Assembly: GCA_004431415.1 (NCBI GenBank)
Contig: QPMI01000143.1
Location: forward strand, 1 to 64,000
Reading direction: 5' to 3'
Length of the DNA: 64,000 nucleotides
Source of the DNA: Cyanophora paradoxa CCMP329
Taxonomy: Eukaryota; Plantae; Glaucophyta
In this document: positions 34,379-46,754 of the stretch, piece by piece
Layout: each line of letters starts with the position of its first letter
Numbering within the stretch: position 1 is the first letter of the stretch
The notes under the pieces: generated by a model
Told to the model about the DNA's origin: nothing
Databases searched by the model: none
Seen by the model: the letters and a program-made list of their open reading frames with translations, nothing else
Position numbers and translations under genes: made by a program

Positions 34379-37265
34379 ATGCAGGGGTTCGCGGTGCCCT
34401 GCACCGTGCCCAGGAGACAGCGCGCACCTTCCCTGCAGTGCCAGCCTCCGCTGATCAGCGCATGTTCGCGGCTGCCCGGCCGGTTAAAGCCGCGGACGCC
34501 CGGATGCGGCGGCCGTCGGCAGGCCTTCGCGGGTGCCGCCGTTCCCCGCAGCAGCTTCGCCCCAGTTCGCCGCAGCTTCTGCGTCCGAGCGAGGTCCGTC
34601 ACGTCCGGCCCCGTCCGGGGACCGTCCCGACCCGCGCCCGCAGCGCCGACGGCGACCACAGCGACGAGAAGAAGAAGGAGAAGCACCACGGGCAGCACCA
34701 CCACGACCACATCGAGTTCCGGGCGGGCCCCGCGCCGCCGCTCACGGTCCCCTTCGACACCGTGCGCGACGAGGAGGACCTGAGGCGGCGAATGCTCAAG
34801 GAGCGCGTGCGTCGCCGCTTTCCAGGGCCGTCCGGCCCCCGACGGCCCCCGACGCCGGCCGGTCGCCCGCGCGCCCGCGGCCCTCGAGCTCGCTGACGCC
34901 CGGCGCCGGCCTCAGCTGCGGGGCACGGCGCTGAACAACGCGACGCCTGAGACAATCCGAAACATTGTACTCCTCCTCGTGCGTCCGGGCGCCTTCCGCG
35001 TCGCCCGCCGCCGCCCGCTCCCGAGCCGCGCCCCTCCCCGCAGAGCCTCTTCCCCCTCATCTCGAACTACTTCTGCTACGACATCGTTGCCGCCCTCCAG
35101 AGCTACATCAAGGCCGTGCGGCCCCGTACCCGGGCCCGCTCCGCCCCCCGCTCCCGGCCTCACCCTATCCGTGCCCGGTACCCCGCAGGGCTTCGGGATC
35201 GACAACGTCGGCTTCTCGCAGCTGTACACCGTCTACGAGGTCCCCAACATCATCATGCCCCTCATCGGCGGCGCCATCATCGGTGCGATGCCGTACCCCC
35301 CGCCCCCGCCCCCGTCCGCCCTTCCCGTACCCCCCGGCGCGATCGAGCCCCCGCAGACCGCGTGGGCACGAAGCAGGGCGCGTTCATCTTCGCCCTCCTC
35401 GTCCTCGCCGGCGTCGCCACCGTCGCCTCCGGGTTCGCGTACCCCCTCCTGGACCGTGTACCCCCTGAATCCCCGCAGGCCCTTCTTCGACGCGTACTGG
35501 GTCATGCTGCTCGGCCGCGTCATCTACGGGCTCGGCGCCGAGGCCCTCAACGGTGATTACCCGTACCCCCACCTTCGGTCTTCTTCCCCCCCCCATCCCG
35601 AATCAAACGTGTACGCTCCTCCAGTCACGATGGACGTGATCTACGCGAAGTGGTTCAGCGGGAAGGGTGCCGCCGCCCAGCCCCGCCCGTCCGTGTACCC
35701 CAGCCCTGACGCCGTACCCCCGCCAGGCATGGCCTTCGCGTCGGGCGTCGGCGTCTTCGCGTGCCGCCTCGTGCGCCCGTACCCTTCTGTGTACCCCTCC
35801 CTTCGCTCACGTACCACCCAGGGAGACGTCCTCTCGTTCAACATCGGCCCGCCCGTCGCGGAGCGCTTCGGCGGTTTCCAGTACGCCCTCCTCATGGGTC
35901 CGTACCCCCCTCACTCCTCCCCCCCGCCCTCTCCCCCCCTGAGCCCGGCCGGCGCAGCGCCAATGGCGGCGACGATGTCGGCGGCCGCGATGTTCGCGTA
36001 CGGGTACATCGATTCCCTCGCGGACCACGCCGCCTCCGTACCCCCCTCCTCCTCCTCGTCCGCTCTGTTCTCAGCTTCCTGGCCCTTCTTCGCCCTGGCC
36101 TAAGGGAAGCGCAGGGCGACGCCGGCGCCGACGCCGAGCGCGGAAAAGGAGCCGGCGGCGGCGGGCGAGATGGTGGACGAGGAGAAGGAGGAGGAGGGGC
36201 CGCAGGGGCCGCTGGCGGCAGTCATGGAGCTCTTCAGCACCGTCCCGGAGCTGCCCCCCGTCTTCTGGATCATCGCCTGCATCTGCTTCTTCTACTACGC
36301 CACCTACTTCCCCTTCCAGGCCTTCGCCCCGTGCGCCCCCGTGCCCCTTCGAGTTCTCGTACCCCCTGACGGCCTTTCGGCGCAGCGAGTTCATGGCGCA
36401 GAAGTTCCAGTACACAGCGGAGCAGGCGGCGCGCGTGACGTCCACCATGGGCATCGTCTCCATGTTCCTCTCCCCGGGTACCGCAACCCCGAAACGAGGG
36501 AGACGCGTACCCCCCTGAGCCTTCTTCTCCCCCGCCCTTCAGGCGCGGGTCTGGCGGTCGACAAGGTCGGCAAGCGCGCCTTCATCGGTTCGCGAACCCC
36601 CCACCTGGAGCTTCCCCCCAGCTCCCCCTCACCTTTCGGCGCAGCGGCGATGTGCGCGGCGATCATGATCCCGTGTCTCTTCACGCTGACCTTCACCCCC
36701 CTTCCCCCGTACCTCCCGTGCGCCGTGCCCCGGCCTCCCTTCCCCCAACGCCGCCCGCCCGACACTCCCCCAGGATGGCGGTGATGGGCTGTATGTTCTC
36801 CTTCGTACCCTCCGCGATCTGGCCCGCCCTCGCCATCCTCGTCGACCCCAGGTGCCCCCGCCCGCTTCTTTCGATTACGAGCTCTCGCTCAAGCCTGCCC
36901 GCCCTCGCTCGCAGCCTGCACGGGGTGGCCTACGGGGCGCTCACCTCGATGATCAACATCGGCCTGCTCGCCTCGTACTTCGCGGTGGGCAAGGCGGCCG
37001 ACACGCTCGGCGTGCTCTGGGGGGTACCCCTGGTCCTCATGATCTTCGTCACCCTCGGCTGGTCCTGCGCCATCGCCTGGAACTTCGGTACCCCTGCGCC
37101 CTTCTCCTCGCTCCAGGCCCTCGCTTACTCTGAGCAGTGGACGCGCGGACGGGCGGGCTGGCCAACGCGACGGACGACCGGATTGCGGAGATCCTGGCGG
37201 CGCGGGCGGCCCGCGCCGAGGCCGAGATCGCCGCCGCCGAGGCCGCCTCCAAAAAGGACGCGTAG
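34379..37265 (+). CDS. MFS transporter, MFSD1-like, with transit-peptide-like N-terminus and a His-rich linker
   Basis: Spliced motifs include SNYFCYDIVAALQ, FSQLYTVYEVPNIIMPLIGGAIIDRVG, MLLGRVIYGLGAEAL, AKWFSGKGMAFA, FWIIACICFFYYATYFPFQAFA, LAVDKVGKR and FSFVPSAIWPALAILV..GVAYG. Stop TAG at 37263-37265. Confidence 0.85.
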
Positions 37266-37467
37266 GCTTACTAGTTAGGGGCTCTCCGGGCCCGCGCCGA
37301 TCGCAGCCGGGCAGCTCCTATAGCTATTAATTTAATTAGACCTCTGTAGACCTTGCCCTCTATATATCCTGCAGTCGCGCACAGTAGATCGATAATACTT
37401 TCCCTTCTTTGAATATGCGTCAGCCGTTGCGCCGGCGCCGAGCCAATTGCAAGCGCTAGCGCTAGCC

Positions 37468-40400
37468 ATGAATTTGATCTGGGACCGACGGGGTACGGGA
37501 AAGTTTTTCAATCCCCAGCGCCTGGCTGCGACGTCGACCGCCCGGCCGCGGTACCATCGCATCGGCGTCGGCGATGAAGCGTAGGATAGATAAGCGCGCG
37601 AGCAACGCGCCGGCGGAGGAGGATGAGCCCGAGGCGCCGATGGGCCCTTCCCGCGCTTCGAAGCGAGCGGCGAGCTCGCGAGGTGCGCGCGTGATGCGCG
37701 CTGCATGAGACCATTTGCATCAGCTGACATCACGTCAGACTGCGCCCTGGCAACGTCGAGCTTTAATGCGGCCGCTGCGCATATGCGCATGCATGCGCAT
37801 GCATATGCAGGCATCGGACCGCCGGCCGCGGCCGCGGCGCCGCAGCCGGCGCCCGCACCGCTTCCGCGCATCGAACTGTCGGCGGCCGCGGCCGCGGTCA
37901 AGGGATACACTACGAATGAGCAGTTCGAGAGGGCGGAGCGCCTCTGCGCGGAGCGGGCGGTGAGCGGGACTTGGAGGTTCGAGAGATCCCGCGGCCGCCG
38001 CGCCGGCGCCGGCCGCTCGATTTCTGTGGCGGCGACTGTGGCGGTTCGGATCAGCGCGTCCGATCTCGTTGCCAGCGCGAGCGTCCGCGTCTCCTCTGAC
38101 GGGGACGGGCTGGCCCTAATCCTCGCCGCCGACTGCAGCTGCGTGGAAGGAGGGTGCGCTTCATATCACCCCCGTATCGCAGGGCCTGAGCTCTCGACTA
38201 ACTTCTCGCGCAGCCTCCTCTGCTCGCACACGGCGGCCGTCCTTCTCTGCCTCGGCCTCGCCCGCGCGGTTCGCTTGAGATTCACCGTCGCCTGCCCTAC
38301 CCGGTTCCTGAACGCTTAAGCGCGTCGCCGACAGGATAAAAAGGCGCTCGAGCCGCAGGAGGTGCCAGCATGGCGCCGCGGCGCTCGGCGTCTCGAGCGC
38401 GACCCCGCAGCGGCAGCCACCGGCCGCGGGTCGACACCGGGTGTCAGTAGTAGTACTGCTGACGCCCCCCTCCGGCCGCGCCTTCCGCCGGACTTCCTGC
38501 CGATCCAGCGGTCGATAGAGGAGGTGATACGAGCGTTCCGCCGTGGTCCATCGACCAAACGCGAAGCCTGCCGCCTGTGCGAGACTGCAGCCTTTCCGGA
38601 TCCGAAACCAGGCGCGCGTGACAGCTATACAGCTTTTCCGCCTGCGGTCGGTGGCGGACCCGGCCCGCCTCATGTCCGCGCAGGTCGATATCCGGATCCC
38701 GATGTCGCGGCCGAAAGAAAGCTCAGGTGGTGTCCATGCTGCGCGCTGCATAAAAGCGAAACATGCGCAATTATCGGGCGCATCGAAGGGCCACCCCGCC
38801 GTCCGCTTATGCAGTGAGCCCAATTGCAAGCCACTCTCTAGATCTGCATTGCTGCTGCACAGGCGCCCGAGCTACTCGCCGCAGATACATCGAAGAGCTT
38901 CGTCGGGAGGTGGTGCGCATGGTGACGGAGGGAGCGTTCGAAGCGGCGGTGAGGCTGGCGGAGATCGCGAGCGGCCGCCTTTCGACCACTCTGTCCTATT
39001 TCGAAGATGGGCTTGCCCTCGCCCGCGCTCTCACGGACCTCCTCGCTGTGAGTCTCGCTCTGCTCGGCTTGTTCTCTTCGCAATCGCGCCTAGGCCTGTT
39101 TAATTTCGATCGCGAGGGCTAGCGCTGATCGCGAAGCGCGCCCGCAGGTCCCGGCCTGCCACCCAGACCTCCCCGACGGGCTCCGCCAGCGCTGCCACAG
39201 CGCGGCGCAGGCGGCCATGCGGCGCACATGGACCGACTCGCTCCGGAAACTGTGTCCGGGCGTCCAGGTCTGCGCGGGCGCTTCTGAAGACGGGCGGCGC
39301 ATCCTCAACGGCTCCGTCGCTGGCACGGAAGCAATCTCCATCTACCAAGAAGAGACGAACTCGGGGAAGGAATGCGACGCAAGCAACGCTCGAGCCTGGC
39401 AACTCCGCTTCGAGTGCCTGATGGCCATCCGTGCGCGCGCGCGATTGCGACGATCGCGAGCTGCAGCTTCTCTCGCTCATCGCTTCCCCTCTCTCAGAGC
39501 GCTACGAGGGGGCCGGGCGCCTAGCGCAGGCCGCGCAGGACGGCGTGTGGATCGCGCGCGTCGCGTGGGCAAAGGGCGAGGGGCGCCAGTCGGTGCTCCA
39601 CGCCCTCCGCCCGAGCCTGAAGGCCTCGCCCCGCGCCCTGCGCGATCTGGCCGCCGAGCTCCGCGAAGAGGACCCGGTGCGGCCGTCAGGCGGATAGGAC
39701 ACGTACATGTTCAGTCCACTCGTTTCTGACTGCGTCGCCTCCTCACAGCTTGCGGCGTTCCTGCTGCTCGCCTGCTCGGCGCGGCAGCTGCACGAGGAGC
39801 TCTGGGTCGAGATGCAGGAGCTGCGCGAGTGCGGGGAAGTCTACGCCTTGTCCGCGCGCATAGACTTCTTCTTCCGGGGCTGCCCCCTCAACGAAGATCT
39901 CGACGCGCCTTCAGACACTCCGCTCCTCGCCAGGCACGAGACATGCGCATTGCTTTGCTTCGTAAATCTCTCTCACTTCTGTCCGTTCAATTTTAGAGAT
40001 CCCTGGCTCGTTCGTCGAGTTCGCTTGCCTGGCCGCATCGGAAAATGGCATTCCATTTTCCTCATGAGCGGGCCGTGGTCCGAGCCTGGACCCTGCAGAA
40101 CGTTCTGGCCTGCGCCGTAGACGCTGCACTCGGATTCGCAAAGGTCTGATCGCGATATCGATCATGAGAAGCTTCGTGTATGACGCCCCCTGGGCCCGCA
40201 GTTATGGCTGGTGCCGGGCACCGCCCCCGAGGGCTTCCTGTTCCGGACGGCGGCGCGGGCGGCGGCCACGCTCGTGCTGGGCGGCGGGGAGGCGGCCGCC
40301 TTCGAGCGCCTCGCACGGGCGGAGGGGACGCCGTTCCAGGTCGCCACGGACGAGGGCCGCGCCCTGGTGCGATCGAATATCAATCTATAATATAATTAGC

Positions 40401-43400
40401 CTTGCCTCAGCTTCTCCTTACAAATAGTGTGCCGCCCACTTTCCGACTCCCAGCTAGCCCTGGTCGTCGGCTCTAAGCCGGCAGCTTGCCTTGCCTTGTA
40501 CCCTTTGTAGCCTGCTATTCCTGGTGCCACGTTGTTGCCAACTGGCCCGCTTATTTTAGCCCTGGGCCCTCGCTTGCCCTGCGCGGCGCTCGCTTGCTGT
40601 CTGTCGACGTCCTTGTTCTCTTGTTCTCTCTGTCTTACGCTGGCTCTGCGCCTGCTGTGTACGTAATGGCACCCGCTTGCCGCCGCCCTACGGTGCCGTA
40701 CGGGCCTGTCCCTCTCTGCTTGGGGCGCCTCTGGGCCTAGCCAACTGCTTAGCGCATCCCGCTCAGCGCATGGGGGCTGCTGCGTTGGGCTTCGACTTTT
40801 TAGCTCGTATGCCTGGGGACGAACGCTGCGCTCTTGCCCGAACCCCTGGACAAGCACGCCATCGTTTGCCTCGGCTTGCGCGTACGGCCTCCACTCTCTT
40901 GTAGTGGGAAGCGCCTATGCGGCAGAGCTTAGCAATACTAACCGCATGGTTCATGCCTTTCCACCCGCCACTGCGCCTTTCTTGCTTACGGACCTGGCGC
41001 ACCACTCTTTCTGTAGTGGGAAGCGTCCGCCAATCCGTCTATTGAGCCGCATGCGCTCACAGTCATCTAAACGTGCCGTGGCTGCGCTCAAGAGCAAATG
41101 CTGATGCAGCCCGCGCGCATGTCGAGTGAAACTGTATTGCATTGTATCGGGGGACGACACCACAACGTACTACTAAATGTATTGTATGTGGAGCAACACC
41201 CTCTACATCTACACACGTCGTCATTACGATCGAATTGCGTGTTGACGCCGATCGAATGATGATCTTGTTGTCGTCGTGGCATGTCGTTTCTTCCCTGGTC
41301 CACGTGCAGTGAGACGTATGATGATTAAAGCTGTCTGACTGAGTATTCTTCACAAACATACCTTCTTTTCGTCGTCGTCTTGTTTTGTCGAGTTGCCCGC
41401 ATGCTCGTGACATGCCAGGCTCGCAAGGCAGCTATGAAGCGCCAGTCAACCAATCTTTGCTCTCTGCAGAAAGTACAGAGTCAGCCCGCCAAGACGTGAA
41501 TGCCCTGGATAACATGGCCCCAGTCCGCGCCCGAGGTCTCACCTACGACGGCTGCGATGGCACCTCCGGCTAGCCCGAGGCACGCTCAATGGTGGCGAGT
41601 GTATCTGAAGAACGCATGGAGTCAAACCGCTGCGACGTGAAAGCCCCTGGGATAACAAGGCCCCAGTACGCGCCCGAGGTCTCACCTACGACGGCTGCAG
41701 TGGCGCCTGCGGACCTCCCGAGGCACGCTCAGCGGCGGCGAGTGGCATCCCTCGTGAGGATCACTCCACTTGACTCCACCCTGCATCCAGAGGACGTGCG
41801 GCTCCGCGTCTCTCTCGGCTCTGCGGGTTGCGTACGCGTCAGTGGAAGCCGGCGCAGCTCCACTTGACAGCGATCTCTATGCGAGGAAGCGCATCTATCT
41901 GTTGTCAAGCCTACCGGGCGCACTGTCGCACCTAGTCGGCAGACAAGATGCCAAGACCTTGCCCTGGCTCCGACGACGTAGCTGCCCTTCTCCGGGACGT
42001 CCAGCTCGTCAAGCCAGATGTCAGTCGCTTCACGCACATCTCAAGCGTGTGCGAACTGTCGTTTTCTTCCTGTCGTGGGCGTTTGATCAGCGACCGAGGC
42101 CTGTTCAGCGGGCGGAGGTCTGACCGAGGCCTGTCCGGCGGGCGGAGGTCAACAGAAGCGTAAAGGATGCGCTCTGGAACGTCCTACGACGACGTGAGCA
42201 GCCATAGCTAAAGTTGGACGGCGGACAGCGGACCTGTCTGTTGAGGAGCGTCAGCAAGCAGCACTGGGTGATGCCCCGCGACCAGTCTTCACGTTCGCGC
42301 GTCGACTGCGTCGGCCCGTCGGGTGATTCCCGTGCATCGGTTGAACCTGGCAGCTGGGTGATGCCAGCTGGACGCCAGCGCTGTTTCGGTCTGCTTAGCT
42401 GTGGGTGATTCCACGCTGACCAAGCCAGCACGCACCGGCGCTCTAGTCCGGGTGATTCCGACCAAGCCTCCGCTTGCGACTCTCCGCTGCTGAGAGGTCC
42501 ATACGTCTTGCCTACGACTATCACGCGAGCACCGATGATCATTCCGGGCCGCGCTGATGCTGTCTCCTGTCCCGCGATGGTGGCCTGCCTAAGCCCCGGC
42601 TACGCGCTGCATCTGCGTACGCTGGCGGACTCGATGGCTGTATCCCATCCCGTCCGATCGTGGAGGATCCTTGGCGATGGGTCTGTATGATGCGACCAGT
42701 GGCCTGCTGCTGCTGCGGAGCCTGACCCCGTACGACTGGCTCGCCGCCTCTACTCTTCATGGCTTGCCTGCTCTACGCGTACGCGGCTGCACACTCTACT
42801 GTGCTGACCGATCGCCCCGCCTTGTGACTCCGCCGGCCGAGTCACTTGGCAACGCAATGCGGCAAGCTGCGCCGAGCTTGGCCCGCAACGCGTACTCTAC
42901 CGCTGCGGCTCTGCTGATCGAGCCTGCGGTCCTACACTACTACACTCTACGTCAAGTACCTTCTACACTGTGGAACTTTCGACCCGGCGCCGCCGCGGCC
43001 CGGCGGCTCGTGTGGCGCGGCGCCGGCTTCGAATTCGAGCTTAGTGCTAGCGCTAGCACTCGTTTTCCCTTCCGGCGGGATTTAGAGGGTTTGCCCCCGG
43101 TTGGCTGGCGGCGCTCCGCGCGCTCTGGCGTCAGGTCGTGGGTCCCTCACCCAACTTCCCTTGTTGGGCCCAGTTCCTCATACTGGTGCCGACGGCCTGA
43201 TGGATTTTAATTTGCCCCTCTGGCCCGCCCGCTGTGGCGCCGAGGACGGCTTTCTGTGCAGGGACGGTAGCCGGCTTTTGGCTCGTAGTCCGTTCAGCCT
43301 CGCCTACGCAGCTTTAGTTCAGCCTTTAGCTCGTAGCGCCGAGGACGGCTTTTTGTAGCGGGAAGCGTGTGCCGCCCACTTTCCGACTCCCAGCTAGCCC

Positions 43401-46070
43401 TGGTCGTCGGCTCTAAGCCGGCAGCTTGCCTTGCCTTGTACCCTTTGTAGCCTGCTATTCCTGGTGCCACGTTGTTGCCAACTGGCCCGCTTATTTTAGC
43501 CCTGGGCCCTCGCTTGCCCTGCGCGGCGCTCGCTTGCTGTCTGTCGACGTCCTTGTTCTCTTGTTCTCTCTGTCTTACGCTGGCTCTGCGCCTGCTGTGT
43601 ACGTAATGGCACCCGCTTGCCGCCGCCCTACGGTGCCGTACGGGCCTGTCCCTCTCTGCTTGGGGCGCCTCTGGGCCTAGCCAACTGCTTAGCGCATCCC
43701 GCTCAGCGCAATAGTCTTCCGGATCCACTTTAATTTCCCGCAGGTGATGCTCGAGGCGAGCGCGGCGCTCGTCGCCAAGTTCGGCCGCAACGTGCCCGGC
43801 GCCTGGCGCGCCGCCGCCACCTTCCTGCGGGTCGGCGAGCCCGCGCTCGCGCTGTACGTCGCCTCGGAGGCCCTCCGGCGCCACGAAGAGAGCTACATCA
43901 CGTGCACGCAAATGAAATCGAATCGAACCGATCCGGCTGTTCTGATCATGACTTCTAACGGATCGGACAGCTTCAACTGCTCAAAGGACGAGGACAGGTG
44001 CAGCAGCACTTTCAGCGGGGACGAGGAAGAGGGCTTTGCGTACGGTGCGCGTGCAAGAACCTTTCGGATTTAATTTTACGCTGCTGACATATGCATTAAA
44101 CCTCCACTCACTCCGGCGCTGCGCTGCTCTCAGTTGTCCGGCTGTTGAACCACTGGGAGACCAAGGTGACTATGATCGCCGCGCTGCCTCTGCCTCTCTG
44201 GATCTGCTTCCCCCGCATCTGGCTCTGATTCTCCGTCAAACGCTCTGCAGCCGGCGGGGAGCCCAGAGGCCCGGGCACGGGCGAGCTACCTAGCAGGGGG
44301 CTTCGGCGCCACTAGGCAGGGAATGTTCGCGTATGCCGTCGGACTGGATGAGATCGGAAGGCCGGACGACGCGCTGCGCGCGTGCCGGGCGCCGGCGGCG
44401 CTGGACGTGGCCCTTGCGCGCCGCGACGCGGGCGGGTACCGGTGCGGCCGCGTCGCTCGCGGCTGCCGCCGCCTTCTGGGACGCTCATAGCTATAGCGCG
44501 CGCAGGGATCACTCTGACCGGGTCGCCGTCCTGTACGGGCCGGCGCACTGGGAGGACGAGGACTCGAGGCCGTACCTCCGCTGCTGGGCCCTCAACGTGG
44601 TCAGCGCGCGCGCGCAGCTGCCCTGCGCTGTGTGGCGGCGAGTGCACGCTGCCCGCCCTGAACGGGCTGCAGATGCGCGGCGCCGGGGACGAGGAGGCGA
44701 TCGCCACGCTGACGAGCCCCTCCTTCGCGCCGGAGCGCTTCGTGGGCGACGACGGCTTCCTGCTGGACCCCATCGAGGTCTTCGAGGCGTTCGAGGAGCA
44801 CGAGGGGGAAGGGCGGGCCCGCCTCGCCGCCGAGCTCGCGGCGTACTGCGTCCGCGCCGTCGCGTGCTGCCGCGTGGATCGGCTCGACGCCGAGCAGCGC
44901 GACAAGCTCCTCGGCAGCCTCGCGCACTTTGCGGTTGATCCCGAGCTCCCCGCCGCCACGCGGGGCCGGGCGCTGGCTGCCCTGCCCGCCGCCGTCCGCG
45001 CGGCCGTCGCCACCCGCGGACCCTGCGTCGCTGTCGAGCACGTCGAGGCGGGCCCCTCTGAAGCTTTTAATTTTCTTCCCGGCCCTGCGCCTCACATTCC
45101 CGGCAGGAGGCGGTCGCGGCGAGCAGTGTATCGGAGGAGTGCAGGAACGAGCGCCTGGGCCGCGCGATCGAGGTTGCAGTCGCGATGCCGATGTTCTCGT
45201 ACGGCTTTCGCGAGAGGATCCCATCCAAGATCGCCTGCTGCGCGTTCTACGCCGAGGAGGAATGGCTGCCGGCCCCCGCAACGGAGGAGCTCGGCCCTTA
45301 CTACGCCCGCCTCGACCAGGTGATTATGATTATGCTCTACCCAGGCCTCCAGCCCGTTCCGTGTCTTTTGCTGACCGCGAGCTTGCGATCGGTCGGGCCG
45401 GGCCGGGCTGGTGCAGCTGCTCAGGTGGGAGGGCCCCTTCCTCGGCCGCGACGACTACTCGCTCGAGTTCGTCTTGGGCGCCATCGCCCGGGCCGGGGCG
45501 GACGAGTCCGTCCCGGCCGCCTCCCGGGCGGCAGGGGAGGCCACCCTCCCGCCCGTCTTCCGCGCGGCGCTCGCCCTCCAGCGCGCCCAGACCGCCGCCG
45601 GCGTCGTTCCCGTGCGCGCCGCCCGCTAGCTCTCGCGTCGGTCTTGTCTTCCGCTTATCATAGTATGACGGCACCGGCATGCGCAGGACATCCTGGGGTC
45701 CGCCATGTCGGCCGAGGACTTTGCCGAGCGCGGGATCGCCGCGGCGGAGTGCGGGGCCTCCGCCCTCGCCCTCTGCGCCGCCCTCCTCGCCCCGCCGGCG
45801 GCGCCAGGGCCCGCTGAGCCGGCAGCGGCTGCGGCCGAAGACGAGGACGAGGACGAGGCCCTGCGCCTCCTGGCACGAGCCGCGGCCCGGCGGGCCGTCG
45901 AGCTCGGGGGCGCCCCGGGGCTTCGCCCGCTCCTCGGGGCGGGGTTGATGCAGGAGGGGGACGTGAGGGCCGTCGCCGCCGCCGCCCCCGCCATCCTCGC
46001 GCTCGACGTGCCCGGTGAGCTGCCCGATAAAACTTTAATTTGGTTCACGTTGCATGCAGCTGCAGGATGA
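37468..46070 (+). CDS. SWIM zinc-finger protein with helical C-terminal region; one intron carries an LTR element (start uncertain)
   Basis: QFERAERLCAERAV..ADCSCVEG / LLCSHTAAVLL fits the CxC..CxH SWIM pattern, and a second Cys cluster CRLCE..CPCCALH follows. Exons ..FQVATDEGRAL (ends 40366) and VMLEASAALVAKF (starts 43744) join in frame across intron 40367-43743. Confidence 0.55.
40428..40770 (+). repeat. 5' LTR
   Basis: Direct repeat of 43368-43710 (offset 2940), starting TG and ending CA. Confidence 0.92.
43368..43710 (+). repeat. 3' LTR
   Basis: Direct repeat of 40428-40770. Confidence 0.92.
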
Positions 46071-46305
46071 TGCAGCGCTAGCTGTCCCTCGCGTAACTAG
46101 TACTGCATTTTTTTCCTGACCCGCCGTGCATGCAGCCAGCTAGCGCTGCAGCGGCGCAGCTTCTTTGCTTGCCCGGTGCGCTGCGCATGCTGTTCCGCGT
46201 CGTCCGATGTCGTGCGAGGACGCGTACGCGTACGCGTACGCCAGCAGCGACGAGCGCCATCTCTCACTAGTAATTGTGACGTAAAAGGAGGTCGCCGGGT
46301 CGCCG

Positions 46306-46530
46306 GAGCCTGTTTCAGCCTGATTTATATTTCATCAGGATTGAATCAGGCGGAAACAGGCTTGGCGAAACAGGCTCAGCCATATTTCGGAGGACTGAGC
46401 TCGAGCCTGATTTGAAATTAAACGGGCTGAATGAGGTTCAAATCAGGCTTGAGGCCGCGGGCAGGCTTCAATCAGGCTTTAGCATCAGGCTTGAATCAGG
46501 CTTATATCAGGCTGGATCAGGCTTGCTAAA
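46306..46530. repeat. Cluster of (AT)CAGGCT / AGCCTG(AT) motifs, possibly subterminal repeats of a DNA-transposon relic
   Basis: More than 10 copies of CAGGC(T) occur in both orientations within ~225 bp. No TIR pair or TSD was found. Confidence 0.45.
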
Positions 46531-46754
46531 CCCCGCCCCGGCCCGCCCCCAGCACCGCGCCGGCACTCGGGCTCATCGATATCGCCGCCCTCGAGTCCTT
46601 TCGATGTGAGCCGAATTCGAACGTAAACTTTAATTAATAGGAGTCTTGACGTGGATCTCGTGAATAATGTCGTAACTATCTAAAATCTTCTAATATGAGT
46701 CTTAACGTGCATCTTATTCTAAATCTTAACCTATTCTGACTGCAGCTTATTGTA

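Larger units (their letters stand above)
40428..43710 (+). mobile_element. Non-autonomous LTR retrotransposon (3283 bp)
   Basis: 343-bp TG...CA direct repeats at 40428-40770 and 43368-43710 appear identical. A 4-bp TSD ATAG is present (40424-40427, 43711-43714). PBS-like TGGGGGCT follows the 5' LTR directly, and purine-rich GTAGCGGGAAGCG precedes the 3' LTR. There is no gag/pol-length ORF. Confidence 0.9.

Noticed and set aside
40486-40740. 84-aa ORF duplicated at 43426-43680
   Set aside because: It lies wholly within the LTR, so the duplication reflects LTR identity, and it has no protein-like features.
40428-43710. Retrozyme (hammerhead-bearing LTR element), suggested by ~340-bp LTRs and a 4-bp TSD
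   Set aside because: No CUGAnGA...GAAA hammerhead core was seen on either strand of the LTR.
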